DNA of 64,000 nt, from the NCBI GenBank assembly GCA_900318255.1, contig ONJX01000018.1, forward strand, positions 5,598-69,597, in the 5' to 3' direction. The notes beneath the pieces were generated by a model, which saw nothing but the letters and a program-made list of their open reading frames with translations, was not told the origin of the DNA and made no database searches. Source of the DNA: an uncultured Prevotellaceae bacterium. GTDB lineage: Bacteria > Bacteroidota > Bacteroidia > Bacteroidales > Muribaculaceae. Numbering within the stretch: position 1 is the stretch's first letter; each line of letters starts with the position of its first letter. Below, piece by piece: positions 27,071-36,138 of the stretch. The position numbers were made by a program, and so were the translations under genes.

Positions 27071-27324
27071 TTTTCAGGCTCTTTATTCTGTTTCAACTCG
27101 GGCTCGTTGGTAGCTCTAATGCTGTCGATGTTCTCGACAGGAGGTCCATACACATCTTCAATCGCTTTTGCACGTTGAGGCACGTAACCTGGTGGCGGAC
27201 CATAGACGCCCTCGGCAGGATTAGGCCCAAGCTTATGTGTGCATGACGAGATGCCAAGCAATGCGCCAATGGCGACCAAAGTGCGCACGCACCACTTGTG
27301 AACATTAAAATTAAACTTTTTCAT
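27067..27324 (-). CDS. Small lipoprotein, putative rSAM substrate 2
   Basis: True start MKKFNFNVHKW; GISSC lipobox; GVYGPP and DVYGPP motifs. Confidence 0.8.
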   Translation of the reverse strand: MKKFNFNVHKWCVRTLVAIGALLGISSCTHKLGPNPAEGVYGPPPGYVPQRAKAIEDVYGPPVENIDSIRATNEPELKQNKEPEK

Positions 27325-27373
27325 TGAGGTTTTGTGGTTTTGGAGTTTTGAGGTTTTGTGGTTTTGGAGTTGA

Positions 27374-27670
27374 TCATTCTTCCTCGTTGAGGGGAGTTGG
27401 CACTTTGGGAGACAAAATGTCGCTGTTAGAAATTGTGTCATAGACTACATTGCCCTCCTTATCGATGCGTTTTTTGACCAATGTCGCTTCTTGTGACACC
27501 TTCACATTAACGAGTGGACCATACTTAAGATTGTGAATTGGAGGTGTGGGAGTACCGTCATAATCTATCATTCTCTTGCTATGCGAACACGCCGAGATGC
27601 CTAGCAGCGCGCCAATAGCAACTATTGCCCTTGCCGACCATTTCTGGAACCTAAACCCCACCTTTTTCAT
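27374..27670 (-). CDS. Small lipoprotein, putative rSAM substrate 3
   Basis: Leader paralogous to the other two (MKK..KW..R..V..GALLG); GISAC lipobox; LKYGP motif. Confidence 0.75.
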   Translation of the reverse strand: MKKVGFRFQKWSARAIVAIGALLGISACSHSKRMIDYDGTPTPPIHNLKYGPLVNVKVSQEATLVKKRIDKEGNVVYDTISNSDILSPKVPTPLNEEE

Positions 27671-27832
27671 AGCTTTAAATTTAGTGGAACATCATCAACA
27701 CGCAAATATAAATAATATTTCTCACTCTAACAAATTTCAACAGCAAAAATGGCAAAAATATCTTGTGAATAACTATTTGTCATAAGCTGGCAAGGCGATG
27801 GGGCAGTCTCACCACTTAACACTAAGCTCTAA

Positions 27833-28957
27833 CTAAAAAAAGAATGAGCTAAGCACTCGTCGGGTAGCCGATTTTACGTTGTGCAGGGTCACCTCGGTGT
27901 TCATGGCTTCTTTTAATGGCATGTGGGGTGGGGTGGTGGGGACTACTTGCTTGAAACCCATCTTGGTCACGTTGGTGCCAGGTGCTATGCTTCCGCACAA
28001 CGCAATAGTTGGTATCCCTTTTCGCTGAGCTGACTTGAGCACTCCTGCCGGGGCTTTGCCGTGGAGGGTCTGGTCGTCGATGCGCCCCTCTCCAGTGATG
28101 ACAAGCTGGGCATTGGCAATGAGGTCGTCGAAATGTGCCATTTCAAGCAACACCTCAATTCCTGGTTTGATGGTAACGCTAGGCATCGCCATCATGCCAG
28201 CCGCCACACCGCCGGCGGCACCCGCCCCTGGCACGAGGGCGATGTGAGGTGGCAGTAGAGTGGCGAAATGCCTGAGCCCCTTGTCGAGAAGCTCTACCTG
28301 CAGCGGTGTAGCCCCTTTTTGCGGTGCAAAGATGTGGGCGGCACCATTGTAGCCATAAAGCGGGTTATCGACGTCGCACAGCAGCGTGAACCTAGTGTTA
28401 AGCACATTGCCAGGAACCTTATCACTGACGATGCGCTCTATAGCAGCAAGACTCTCGCCACAAGGCGATAACACTTTGCCGTTGGAGTCAATGAGCTTGA
28501 ATCCTAGAGCAGCGAGGATGCCAGTGCCACCATCGCAAGAGGCACTGCCGCCAAGGCCCAGCACTATGTGCCTCGCGCCACCAGCTATGGCATGAGCAAT
28601 CATTTCTCCGGTGCCCAGGGTGCTTGCCGCCATCACGTTGCGGCTGTGCTGTGGCACCAATGCCAGTCCGCTTGCTGTGGCAAGATCGATGAACGCTGTG
28701 TCGCCATCGATGATATATTGTGCCATAACTCGTGGCAGCTGCTGCAACGGTGCAGCCACGCTCACATGGCGTGTGCTGGCCTTGTCGCCTAAGATGCTCT
28801 TGACACAGTCAATGGTGCCGTCGCCGCCGTCGGCGATGGGCACTGTCACCACTTGCGCGGTGGGCAATAGGTCCAGGATCTCCTCGGCTATTGCCTGCGA
28901 TAGCTGCTGGCTAGTGGCGCTTCCCTTAAACTTGTCGATGGCGATTACTATCTTCAT
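27833..28957 (-). CDS. glxK: Glycerate kinase
   Basis: AIDKFKGS, PIADGGDGT, GLGGSASCDGG, CDVDNPL, GAGAAGG, TGEGRID..GK. Confidence 0.92.
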   Translation of the reverse strand: MKIVIAIDKFKGSATSQQLSQAIAEEILDLLPTAQVVTVPIADGGDGTIDCVKSILGDKASTRHVSVAAPLQQLPRVMAQYIIDGDTAFIDLATASGLALVPQHSRNVMAASTLGTGEMIAHAIAGGARHIVLGLGGSASCDGGTGILAALGFKLIDSNGKVLSPCGESLAAIERIVSDKVPGNVLNTRFTLLCDVDNPLYGYNGAAHIFAPQKGATPLQVELLDKGLRHFATLLPPHIALVPGAGAAGGVAAGMMAMPSVTIKPGIEVLLEMAHFDDLIANAQLVITGEGRIDDQTLHGKAPAGVLKSAQRKGIPTIALCGSIAPGTNVTKMGFKQVVPTTPPHMPLKEAMNTEVTLHNVKSATRRVLSSFFF

Positions 28958-28982
28958 GAGAGGTTGTAGCAAAGCATTGTGG

Positions 28983-29909
28983 CTATTCAGTCAGCACCAC
29001 TAGGTAGTTGCTTAGTTCCCAGAATGTTGCTGGGTTGAGTATTTTGATTATTGTCTTGTCGCCGTTTTCTTCGGTAGAGAATGACTGCAGGTCGTGGTTG
29101 GTGAGAATGGTGAATTTCTTGCTTGGGATAGTAATCTCGCTGAGAGTGCGCTTGTCGGCCCTGGTGAAATAAGATATTAAGAGGTTGCCACTTTGCATCA
29201 CCTTGGTCTTTTTCAGGAACTCCGAGTCTATTATCTTGTGGCCTTTTAGCTCCTCTCTAGTGCCTATGGCATAGTAGCACTCGTTGAGCTCTTTGTTGAG
29301 CATCTCGCGTTGCTCCTTTTGTTGATCGCCATTGCTGGGTGCTGGTTGTGTTGGCTCGGTGGGCTGGCTGTTGACCGTGGTGGTGTCGTGTGGCTCGTTG
29401 TGCGGTTCGGCTTTTGGGATAGGGTGCTGCAGCTTTGCGTTGAGTTGGTTTATTCTCGTCTGCTGCAAGGCGAGCTGCTGCCGCAGGTTGTTGATGGCTT
29501 GTGCTATCTCGGTTCTGCTCTTGTCATCGAGCTTGTCTAGGTCGTCATCGAGCTCTGCGAGTGCTCGTAGTCGGTCCTGAATAGTGTTCTTCATCAGCAA
29601 GATGTTGTTGCGCAGCTTTGCCCTTTTGCTTTGCGAGAGTTGAGAGACGCTGGTCTCGTCGATGGCTTGTTCAAGGCTTGTTATCTCGTCAAACCCGTCA
29701 TTAACATCGCTGGTGAGGGTGTTGAGTGTACTTTTGAGCTGCTGTGGTGCGGTGAGCACGTCTTGCGCCGAGGGTTTTAGCTCGTCGTTGCTTCTAATCA
29801 CTTGTGGCTGCTCCTCATCGTTGCTCTTGTCCTTGTCGCGGCAGGCGGTGAGTGAAGTGACAGCCATAAAGGCTATTAACGATAAGATGAAAAAGTTAAG
29901 CGTTCTCAT
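28983..29909 (-). CDS. Coiled-coil lipoprotein, conserved hypothetical
   Basis: LTAC lipobox, long heptad region, C-terminal YYAIGTREELK..FW..S.YLVV domain. Confidence 0.75.
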   Translation of the reverse strand: MRTLNFFILSLIAFMAVTSLTACRDKDKSNDEEQPQVIRSNDELKPSAQDVLTAPQQLKSTLNTLTSDVNDGFDEITSLEQAIDETSVSQLSQSKRAKLRNNILLMKNTIQDRLRALAELDDDLDKLDDKSRTEIAQAINNLRQQLALQQTRINQLNAKLQHPIPKAEPHNEPHDTTTVNSQPTEPTQPAPSNGDQQKEQREMLNKELNECYYAIGTREELKGHKIIDSEFLKKTKVMQSGNLLISYFTRADKRTLSEITIPSKKFTILTNHDLQSFSTEENGDKTIIKILNPATFWELSNYLVVLTE

Positions 29910-30642
29910 CGCGCTGGCTGTATTTGTTCTTGAACTTGGCATACTTATCCACTTTGACGTGGGTTTCGCTGTCTTTGCCTGCGACTATTATCACTATCTC
30001 GCCGCGTGGTGCTTCGTGTGAGAAATGCTCATGAAGTTCGCCTAATGTGCCGTGATGAGTGGTGTCGTGGAGTTTTGAGATCTCGCGGCACACCGACGCT
30101 TCTCGGTCGGCGCCAAAGGTTTCGGCCAGTTGCTGCAGAGTCTTTACTAGTCGGTTTGGCGACTCATAGAAAATCATGGTGCGCGGCTCTTGAGCCAGAG
30201 CTTCTAGGCGTGACGCCCTGCCTTTCTTCACTGGCAGGAACCCCTCGAAGGCAAATCTCTCGCACGGCAGCCCCGAGTTGACAAGTGCAGGCACAAAGGC
30301 TGTGGCGCCAGGTAGTGTCTCTACAGTAATTCCATTGCGGCGACATTCACGCGAGAGCATGAAGCCGGGGTCGCTGATGCCTGGCGTGCCGGCATCGGTG
30401 ATGAGTGCTATGTCTTCACCCGCCTTTAGCCTCTCGATGATGGCGCTGGTGGTGTTGTGCTCGTTAAACTTGTGATGGCTGCGCATGGGAGTGTTGATGC
30501 CAAAATGCTTCATTAGCACGGCACTGGTGCGTGTGTCCTCAGCCAGAATGAGGGCTACATCGTTGAGCACTTTCACTGCGCGCATGGTCATGTCTTCGAG
30601 ATTGCCTACCGGTGTAGGCACCATATATAATTTTCCTGACAT
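29896..30642 (-). CDS. rsmI: 16S rRNA (cytidine1402-2'-O)-methyltransferase
   Basis: PTPVGNLEDMT.RA, AEDTR, DAGTPGISDPG, FYESPNR, REISKLH. Confidence 0.95.
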   Translation of the reverse strand: MSGKLYMVPTPVGNLEDMTMRAVKVLNDVALILAEDTRTSAVLMKHFGINTPMRSHHKFNEHNTTSAIIERLKAGEDIALITDAGTPGISDPGFMLSRECRRNGITVETLPGATAFVPALVNSGLPCERFAFEGFLPVKKGRASRLEALAQEPRTMIFYESPNRLVKTLQQLAETFGADREASVCREISKLHDTTHHGTLGELHEHFSHEAPRGEIVIIVAGKDSETHVKVDKYAKFKNKYSQRDENA

Positions 30643-30732
30643 AAATTATTGAGAGCTAGAATGGTGGAATGGCGATAGTGTTGACTAGGCGACGAGAGCG
30701 ATGCCAGATGTCTGATGTGCGACAAGCAATCG

Positions 30733-31335
30733 TCAATCTCCGAGTCCTAATTCGATGAGCCTCACAAACTCTTTCACCACCTCGTTGCTGCGGTCTAAGC
30801 CAAGGTCATTGGTGATAAAGTCCTTAATCTTGTCGATGCTTGCCAGGCGTTGCATCACGGCAATAGCGTCGGTATATTTCTGCTTGTCGCCGTCGAAGAG
30901 CTCACGCTGGAACATGAAGCGGTCGTTGATGGAGAATGCCTGCGTGATGTCGCGCAAGGGAGTGCCATTGAGTTGTGAATGGGGCTCTGTTGTCGCAATG
31001 GTTTTAGCCTCGTCAAGAGGCTTAGGGGCAGGCTCTGGGGGTGTCGCGGGCTTTATAATGGGCTCTTGCTCAGGTTGAGCCGTGGCAGGTGCAGGAGAAT
31101 CGTCAGTGTGCTCAGTGGGTGGCACAAAAGCGGGTGGCACAGGCTCTGCCTCAGGAGTGTGGGCATTTTGTGCGATAGTGTCGATAATGCTTGCCTGTGC
31201 TGCTATATGCTGTGCTTTTTCTTTGAACTTGTCGATTACCAGTTGTGGCACTTCATCGTTGTGGCGTTGCATCACCAGCAGCAGTCCTTCTAGTTCATAG
31301 ACATTGGTGAGCAGTTGGTCGATAGTAGTGTTCAT
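30733..31335 (-). CDS. Conserved hypothetical protein
   Basis: Pro-rich linker; C-terminal SINDRFMFQRELF motif common in Bacteroidetes. Confidence 0.8.
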   Translation of the reverse strand: MNTTIDQLLTNVYELEGLLLVMQRHNDEVPQLVIDKFKEKAQHIAAQASIIDTIAQNAHTPEAEPVPPAFVPPTEHTDDSPAPATAQPEQEPIIKPATPPEPAPKPLDEAKTIATTEPHSQLNGTPLRDITQAFSINDRFMFQRELFDGDKQKYTDAIAVMQRLASIDKIKDFITNDLGLDRSNEVVKEFVRLIELGLGD

Positions 31336-31365
31336 GTTTTATGTTAACTATGTGTGTTATATGGT

Positions 31366-32790
31366 TTATGGTACAAAAATTCCTAGCAGGAGGCGGTCAA
31401 TCATCTCCTTGAGGTTTGGGCGGCTACCATGCCAGTTGTTGACAAGCACTGCCCAGGTGTATTGTGGATTGTCGGCGGGGAAATAGCCCACATAGCACTG
31501 CACGTCGCGCATGGAGCCCGATTTTGAGGCTATCATGCCGCTAATCGACGAGGCGGGAATCTGTGTGCCTATCTTAGCGTTAATGCCGACTCTTGTCATT
31601 AGGTCGATAAGTCGCAGCTGATGAGAGCCAAAACGGCGACTGCTCATGTAGGTGAGCATGTCGGCAAAGAACTTGACTGGAGCCTTGTTGTTGCGAGCCA
31701 GACCGCTGCCGTCATACTGGAATTTGCCCGAGGCATCAATGCCACGCGCTGTGAAGAGGCTGTCGATGACCTCCACGCCTTGCGCTGCTGTGGGCTCGCG
31801 ATGACTGCCCACCGCGATGGCCTTGAGCAAGCCCTCGGTGAACATGTTGTCGCTGCGTTCAAGGAGCGAGGCTATAATGTCGGAGAGTGCTGGCGACTTG
31901 TGTGTCAACAGCAACCAGCGGCGGCTGGTAGGCTCAAAAGGCCGGTTGTTGAGTCTTATGCCCGCAGTGGCGAGAGTGCGACTCAGGCTGTCGGTGAGCA
32001 AAGCGCCGGGAGTGGGGTTTGCCACATCAAAATAGTAGGTAGTGTCGGCAGCGGTGCCAGTGAGGATGATAGCCGGGTTGGCATACTCCAGCAGCACTCC
32101 CACATTGTCGTCGTTGCCAGGCCGCAAGCGGTTGATGATTTGCACGCCTGGCACGTTTGGCTCAAAGTGGGCATTGGCCGCTGTGCCGTCGCCCTTGCCA
32201 GTGAACACGAGTTTCATGCGGTTGTCGCAGTAGTTGAGGGCGTGCAGGCCCATGCCATAGTCCCATGCCAGGTCATCGGCACACCAGTCGCCGTTGTAGG
32301 CAGGGTAGTAGTACATGCTGTTATCTACAATCACTTTTCCCTCGATTGTGCTGATGCCCTGCTTGTTGAGAGCTCCCACCACCTCATGCACTATGTCGAG
32401 GTTGTCCTTGAAATATACCGAGCCAAGCGTGGGGTCGCCCTGTCCCACTACCACGAGGTTGCCCCGCAGGGTGTTGCCATGAATTTCTCCGTCGAGATAG
32501 ACGGGGGTGCTGAAGGTGAAGTCGGCTCCCAGCAGCTCGAGTGCTGCCGACGATGTAACGGTCTTCATGGTCGATGCCGTGATGCATGCCAGGTTGATGT
32601 TGCGACCGCCCAGCATCTTGCCGCTCTTGATGTCGGTAACTATCACTCCCACCGAGGCATGGCGCATTAGCGAGTCGTCAACGAAGCGATCTATAGCCTT
32701 TTGGGTGCGCTGCGCAGTGATGTCTCGGGCTTGCAGAGTGTTGACAATCACCACAAGCATCAGTAATGTGATTATAAATCTTAGTTTCAT
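31366..32790 (-). CDS. dacB: D-Ala-D-Ala carboxypeptidase/endopeptidase (PBP4, peptidase S13)
   Basis: ASTMK (SxxK), GQGDPTLGS, SDN (SxN), DGSGL, KSGS. Confidence 0.92.
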   Translation of the reverse strand: MKLRFIITLLMLVVIVNTLQARDITAQRTQKAIDRFVDDSLMRHASVGVIVTDIKSGKMLGGRNINLACITASTMKTVTSSAALELLGADFTFSTPVYLDGEIHGNTLRGNLVVVGQGDPTLGSVYFKDNLDIVHEVVGALNKQGISTIEGKVIVDNSMYYYPAYNGDWCADDLAWDYGMGLHALNYCDNRMKLVFTGKGDGTAANAHFEPNVPGVQIINRLRPGNDDNVGVLLEYANPAIILTGTAADTTYYFDVANPTPGALLTDSLSRTLATAGIRLNNRPFEPTSRRWLLLTHKSPALSDIIASLLERSDNMFTEGLLKAIAVGSHREPTAAQGVEVIDSLFTARGIDASGKFQYDGSGLARNNKAPVKFFADMLTYMSSRRFGSHQLRLIDLMTRVGINAKIGTQIPASSISGMIASKSGSMRDVQCYVGYFPADNPQYTWAVLVNNWHGSRPNLKEMIDRLLLGIFVP

Positions 32791-32825
32791 TGAGTTGTGA
32801 ATTATAAGTCGTTCAGTATGGATTC

Positions 32826-32944
32826 GTGCATTATGCATTAGCATTGTGCATTAAGCATTGTCCATTATGAATTATGAATTATGCATTATGCATTATGCAT
32901 TATGCATTGTGAATTGTGCATTGTGCATTATGAATTATGCATTG
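32826..32944. repeat. Degenerate heptamer tandem array (GCATTAT/GCATTGT/GAATTAT)
   Basis: Roughly 17 imperfect 7-mers in the intergenic region; the reverse-complement form occurs near 47762-47800. Confidence 0.85.
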
Positions 32945-32945
32945 A

Positions 32946-33569
32946 TTACATCTCCCATTCTAGGAGGTTAGCTGCAATGCCGTCGGCGAGGTTTACCAGT
33001 GAGCACAGAGGGTGCTCATCGCGGGCGGTGTTGAGGCATTTAGTCAATTCCACGCTTTGCATGGGGAGGTCCCATGCGGCCATGTGCCAGCGTATGGCAA
33101 GCAGCTCGTCATCATAGATTTCAAGGCCGCTCATGAGTGCGAGCATCGCCGATTTCTCGCCGTGCCCCATAGGGAAGTTGCGGTAACTCACCTCATAGCT
33201 GTTCACCTCACGCCAGATGCCGTCAGAGCCCCGTTGCTTCTTGATGGCAGGAGAGTAGATGTCGGCCTTGCAGATGTCGTGAAGCAAGGTTGCGATAATC
33301 ACGCTGTCGCGGTTGAGACGGTCTTCAAGCTCGGGTTTCATGGCGATGACCATCTCACGCAGCTTGAGGCCCGCCTTGCAGGTGTTGAGCGAGTGAACCA
33401 GCAGCCCGCCGTCGCTGTTGAGGTGGTGGTTCACGCTTGCTGGTGCAGTGAAGAAATGAAGCTTTCCCTCATCAAGCATCTCAATGAGGTCGTCGATGCC
33501 TTCTCGGCCAGTAGATTTAAGCAGGTCGATGAACTCGGCCTTATAGCTCTCGATGTCATGTTTATCCAT
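32946..33569 (-). CDS. HD-domain phosphohydrolase
   Basis: FFTAPAS..HH, LLVHS, LLHDICK, GHGEKS, AIRWHM. Confidence 0.88.
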   Translation of the reverse strand: MDKHDIESYKAEFIDLLKSTGREGIDDLIEMLDEGKLHFFTAPASVNHHLNSDGGLLVHSLNTCKAGLKLREMVIAMKPELEDRLNRDSVIIATLLHDICKADIYSPAIKKQRGSDGIWREVNSYEVSYRNFPMGHGEKSAMLALMSGLEIYDDELLAIRWHMAAWDLPMQSVELTKCLNTARDEHPLCSLVNLADGIAANLLEWEM

Positions 33570-33573
33570 TGTG

Positions 33574-33960
33574 CTAATATTTTTTGTTCAATTTTCTACG
33601 AAATCTCTTTCTTGGCTTAGGCCTCTTTGCGCCATTTTTCATGCGCAGGTATTTTGTCCACGAGTAGTGCTTGCGCTGCTCCAGGTAGTCGTAGTTGCTC
33701 TCGTTCTTGTAGGCCTCGCGCTCAAAGCTTATGTTAAAATAGGCATTGCCCTTGAGAAAAAGCCTGATGAGCCACTCCACCAGGTAAATGATATAGAATG
33801 GCAGGTATAGTAGCTCGCGCATCTGAGCCGTGTGAATGCTCTCATGGTTAATAAGGCGCTTGTTGACCTGCACGTCGGGATGCACAAAAAACACGCCAAA
33901 GAGGTTGATGGCCGAGTAGTTGCGCGATGGCGGCAGATATTTAGTGCGAATTATTATCAT
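33574..33960 (-). CDS. Conserved hypothetical protein with HExxH motif
   Basis: INHESIHTAQMRELLY..ISFEREAY. Confidence 0.75.
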   Translation of the reverse strand: MIIIRTKYLPPSRNYSAINLFGVFFVHPDVQVNKRLINHESIHTAQMRELLYLPFYIIYLVEWLIRLFLKGNAYFNISFEREAYKNESNYDYLEQRKHYSWTKYLRMKNGAKRPKPRKRFRRKLNKKY

Positions 33961-34196
33961 TTTCTATGCTAGAGAATAGATGCTATCACACTGCAAAGTT
34001 AATGAAAAGTTTTTAGTTATTGGTTTTTAGTCATTAGTTTTTGGTGCTGATTAATGATATTTCGCCCAAAAGAGCCTAAAACACAAGGCAAAGAATAAAA
34101 ACTGATTTCTGATTTCCTGAAATCTGAAAACTTTTCACTACCTTTGCGCCCGATTTTAAGACAAATGTTATTATTAACAAGTAAAAACAATTCATA

Positions 34197-35147
34197 ATGT
34201 TAACTCTCGACAACAAGAAAAAGCTTAAACGTGAGATACTTGCCTATTTCCTGCTCACGGTGGGTAGCGCTCTGTTTGCCATTGGCGACGTGATGTTTGT
34301 CAACCCTTATCTGATGGCGCCTGGCGGCACTTATGGCTTGAGCAACGTGTTCAACACCCTGTGGCCGTGGAAGATTTCGCTCTACGCCCTGTGCATGGAT
34401 GTGCCACTGCTCATCATTGGCACTTGGATTTTGGGACCCAAGTTTGGTGTCAAGACCATTGTCTCAACGGCGTTGATATTTTTGTTCACATTCATTCTGG
34501 AAAGCTGGTGGGGTTACAACCCAGTGATACACGACGGTGAGATTGTTAAGCAGGCTGGAGCGTCGATGGTTGAGATTCCTCACAATGGCGGTTGGTTCAG
34601 CCCCGACTATTTCCTTAACACCGTTGTTGCCGGCATCATCTACGGCCTTGCCATTGGTCTCATCTTCCGCTCAGGAGCCACCAGTGGTGGCAGCGACATC
34701 ATCTCGATGATATTGCACAAATACACCAAGATTTCTTTGGGTACACTAGTGATGATAGTGGATGGCATTATCACCTTGAGCACTCTCATTGCCTTTGGCG
34801 ACATACGCCTGCCTATCTACTCGGTGATTATCATCTTCATTGAGGGCAAGGTGATTGACCTTGTGGTTGACGGCATGAAGAGCTATAAGACAATGTTCAT
34901 CATTACCGATAACCCCGAACCAGTGCGCAACTTTATCATCAACAACCTCAAGCGTGGTGGCACCTGCATCACTGGCAGTGGCCTCTACAAGGGTAACGAG
35001 CGCAAGATGGTGTATGTCACACTCGACCGAGCCGACATGATTAAGCTGCGCTCTGTGCTCTATCGCATCGACCCAAAAGCCTTTGTCAACATCATGGAGA
35101 GCTCCGAGATTTTGGGACAAGGCTTCCGCCGCTTGCCGCAAGAGTAG
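34197..35147 (+). CDS. YitT-family membrane protein
   Basis: APGGTYGL, GATSGGSDII, RGGT..G.GLY, DPKAF. Confidence 0.9.
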   Translation: MLTLDNKKKLKREILAYFLLTVGSALFAIGDVMFVNPYLMAPGGTYGLSNVFNTLWPWKISLYALCMDVPLLIIGTWILGPKFGVKTIVSTALIFLFTFILESWWGYNPVIHDGEIVKQAGASMVEIPHNGGWFSPDYFLNTVVAGIIYGLAIGLIFRSGATSGGSDIISMILHKYTKISLGTLVMIVDGIITLSTLIAFGDIRLPIYSVIIIFIEGKVIDLVVDGMKSYKTMFIITDNPEPVRNFIINNLKRGGTCITGSGLYKGNERKMVYVTLDRADMIKLRSVLYRIDPKAFVNIMESSEILGQGFRRLPQE

Positions 35148-35161
35148 CGACCTAGAGTCTT

Positions 35162-35208
35162 AAAAAACGATGACAAGCCAGTGTACTGGCTTGTCATCGT
35201 TTTTTTTA
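35162..35208. terminator. Bidirectional terminator
   Basis: AAAAAACGATGACAAGCCAGT/ACTGGCTTGTCATCGTTTTTT. Confidence 0.85.
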
Positions 35209-35249
35209 GTTGCCACAGTTATGAAATGCTGTGCATGCAAGGCGGCAAG

Positions 35250-36023
35250 TCATGCCTTTTTGGAGTCTCTCTCGATCAGCTCTTGGGCAAGCATCAGGTG
35301 GCTGAGGGCACCGCGGCTCTGTGGGTCATAGAGAATGGCTGGCAGGCCGTGGCTGGGTGCCTCGCTAAGGCGTGTGTTGCGCGGTATCACGGTGGTGAAC
35401 ACCATGTCGCCAAAGTGCGATTTCAGCTCCTCATAGATTTGGTTGGCAAGCCTGAGGCGTGCGTCATACATAGTGAGCAGGAACCCCTCGATGTGAAGCC
35501 CGGTGTTGAGTTTCGACTTGATGATGCGCACCGTGTTGAGCAACTTGCTGATGCCCTCGAGGGCGAAGTATTCGGCCTGGACAGGAATGATCACACTGTT
35601 TGCTGCCGTGAGTGCGTTGACGGTGATAAGTCCCAGCGATGGGCTGCAGTCGATGAGGATGTAGTCGTAACTCTCGCTCACGCTCTTTAGTATGCGAGCC
35701 ATCACCTTCTCGCGGTTAGGCTTCTTGATGAGCTCTAACTCGGCTCCCACAAGGTCGATAATCGAGCCAAGCACGTCGAGCCCCTCTACACATGAGGGCA
35801 CCACAGCGCTCTTGATGGGGTATTCATCTACCAGGCACTCATAGATTGATGCTTGCAACTGTTTTGGGTCAATGCCTAGTCCTGAGGTGGCATTGGCCTG
35901 CGGGTCGGCATCGATGAGCAGAACCCGCTTGCCACATCGTGCCAGCGATGCTGCGAGGTTTATGGCTGTGGTGGTTTTCCCCACACCGCCTTTTTGATTG
36001 GCTAAAGCAATTATTTTTGTCAT
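35250..36023 (-). CDS. parA: ParA/Soj-family ATPase
   Basis: [35 protein letters not shown]. Confidence 0.9.
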   Translation of the reverse strand: MTKIIALANQKGGVGKTTTAINLAASLARCGKRVLLIDADPQANATSGLGIDPKQLQASIYECLVDEYPIKSAVVPSCVEGLDVLGSIIDLVGAELELIKKPNREKVMARILKSVSESYDYILIDCSPSLGLITVNALTAANSVIIPVQAEYFALEGISKLLNTVRIIKSKLNTGLHIEGFLLTMYDARLRLANQIYEELKSHFGDMVFTTVIPRNTRLSEAPSHGLPAILYDPQSRGALSHLMLAQELIERDSKKA

Positions 36024-36138
36024 GTTGTGTTTTTTAGCTAACAAGCCGTCATGCTACTGAGCCCTGGCAAGGCAATTATAGATGTGGCTTGTGTTTTCTT
36101 CAATTAATGTTTTCTAAATCTTTAATTGAGCGAGCAAC

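Noticed and set aside
27325-27441. 5' extension of lipoprotein 2
   Set aside because: It overlaps the upstream gene and a short tandem repeat; the paralogous leader begins at 27324.
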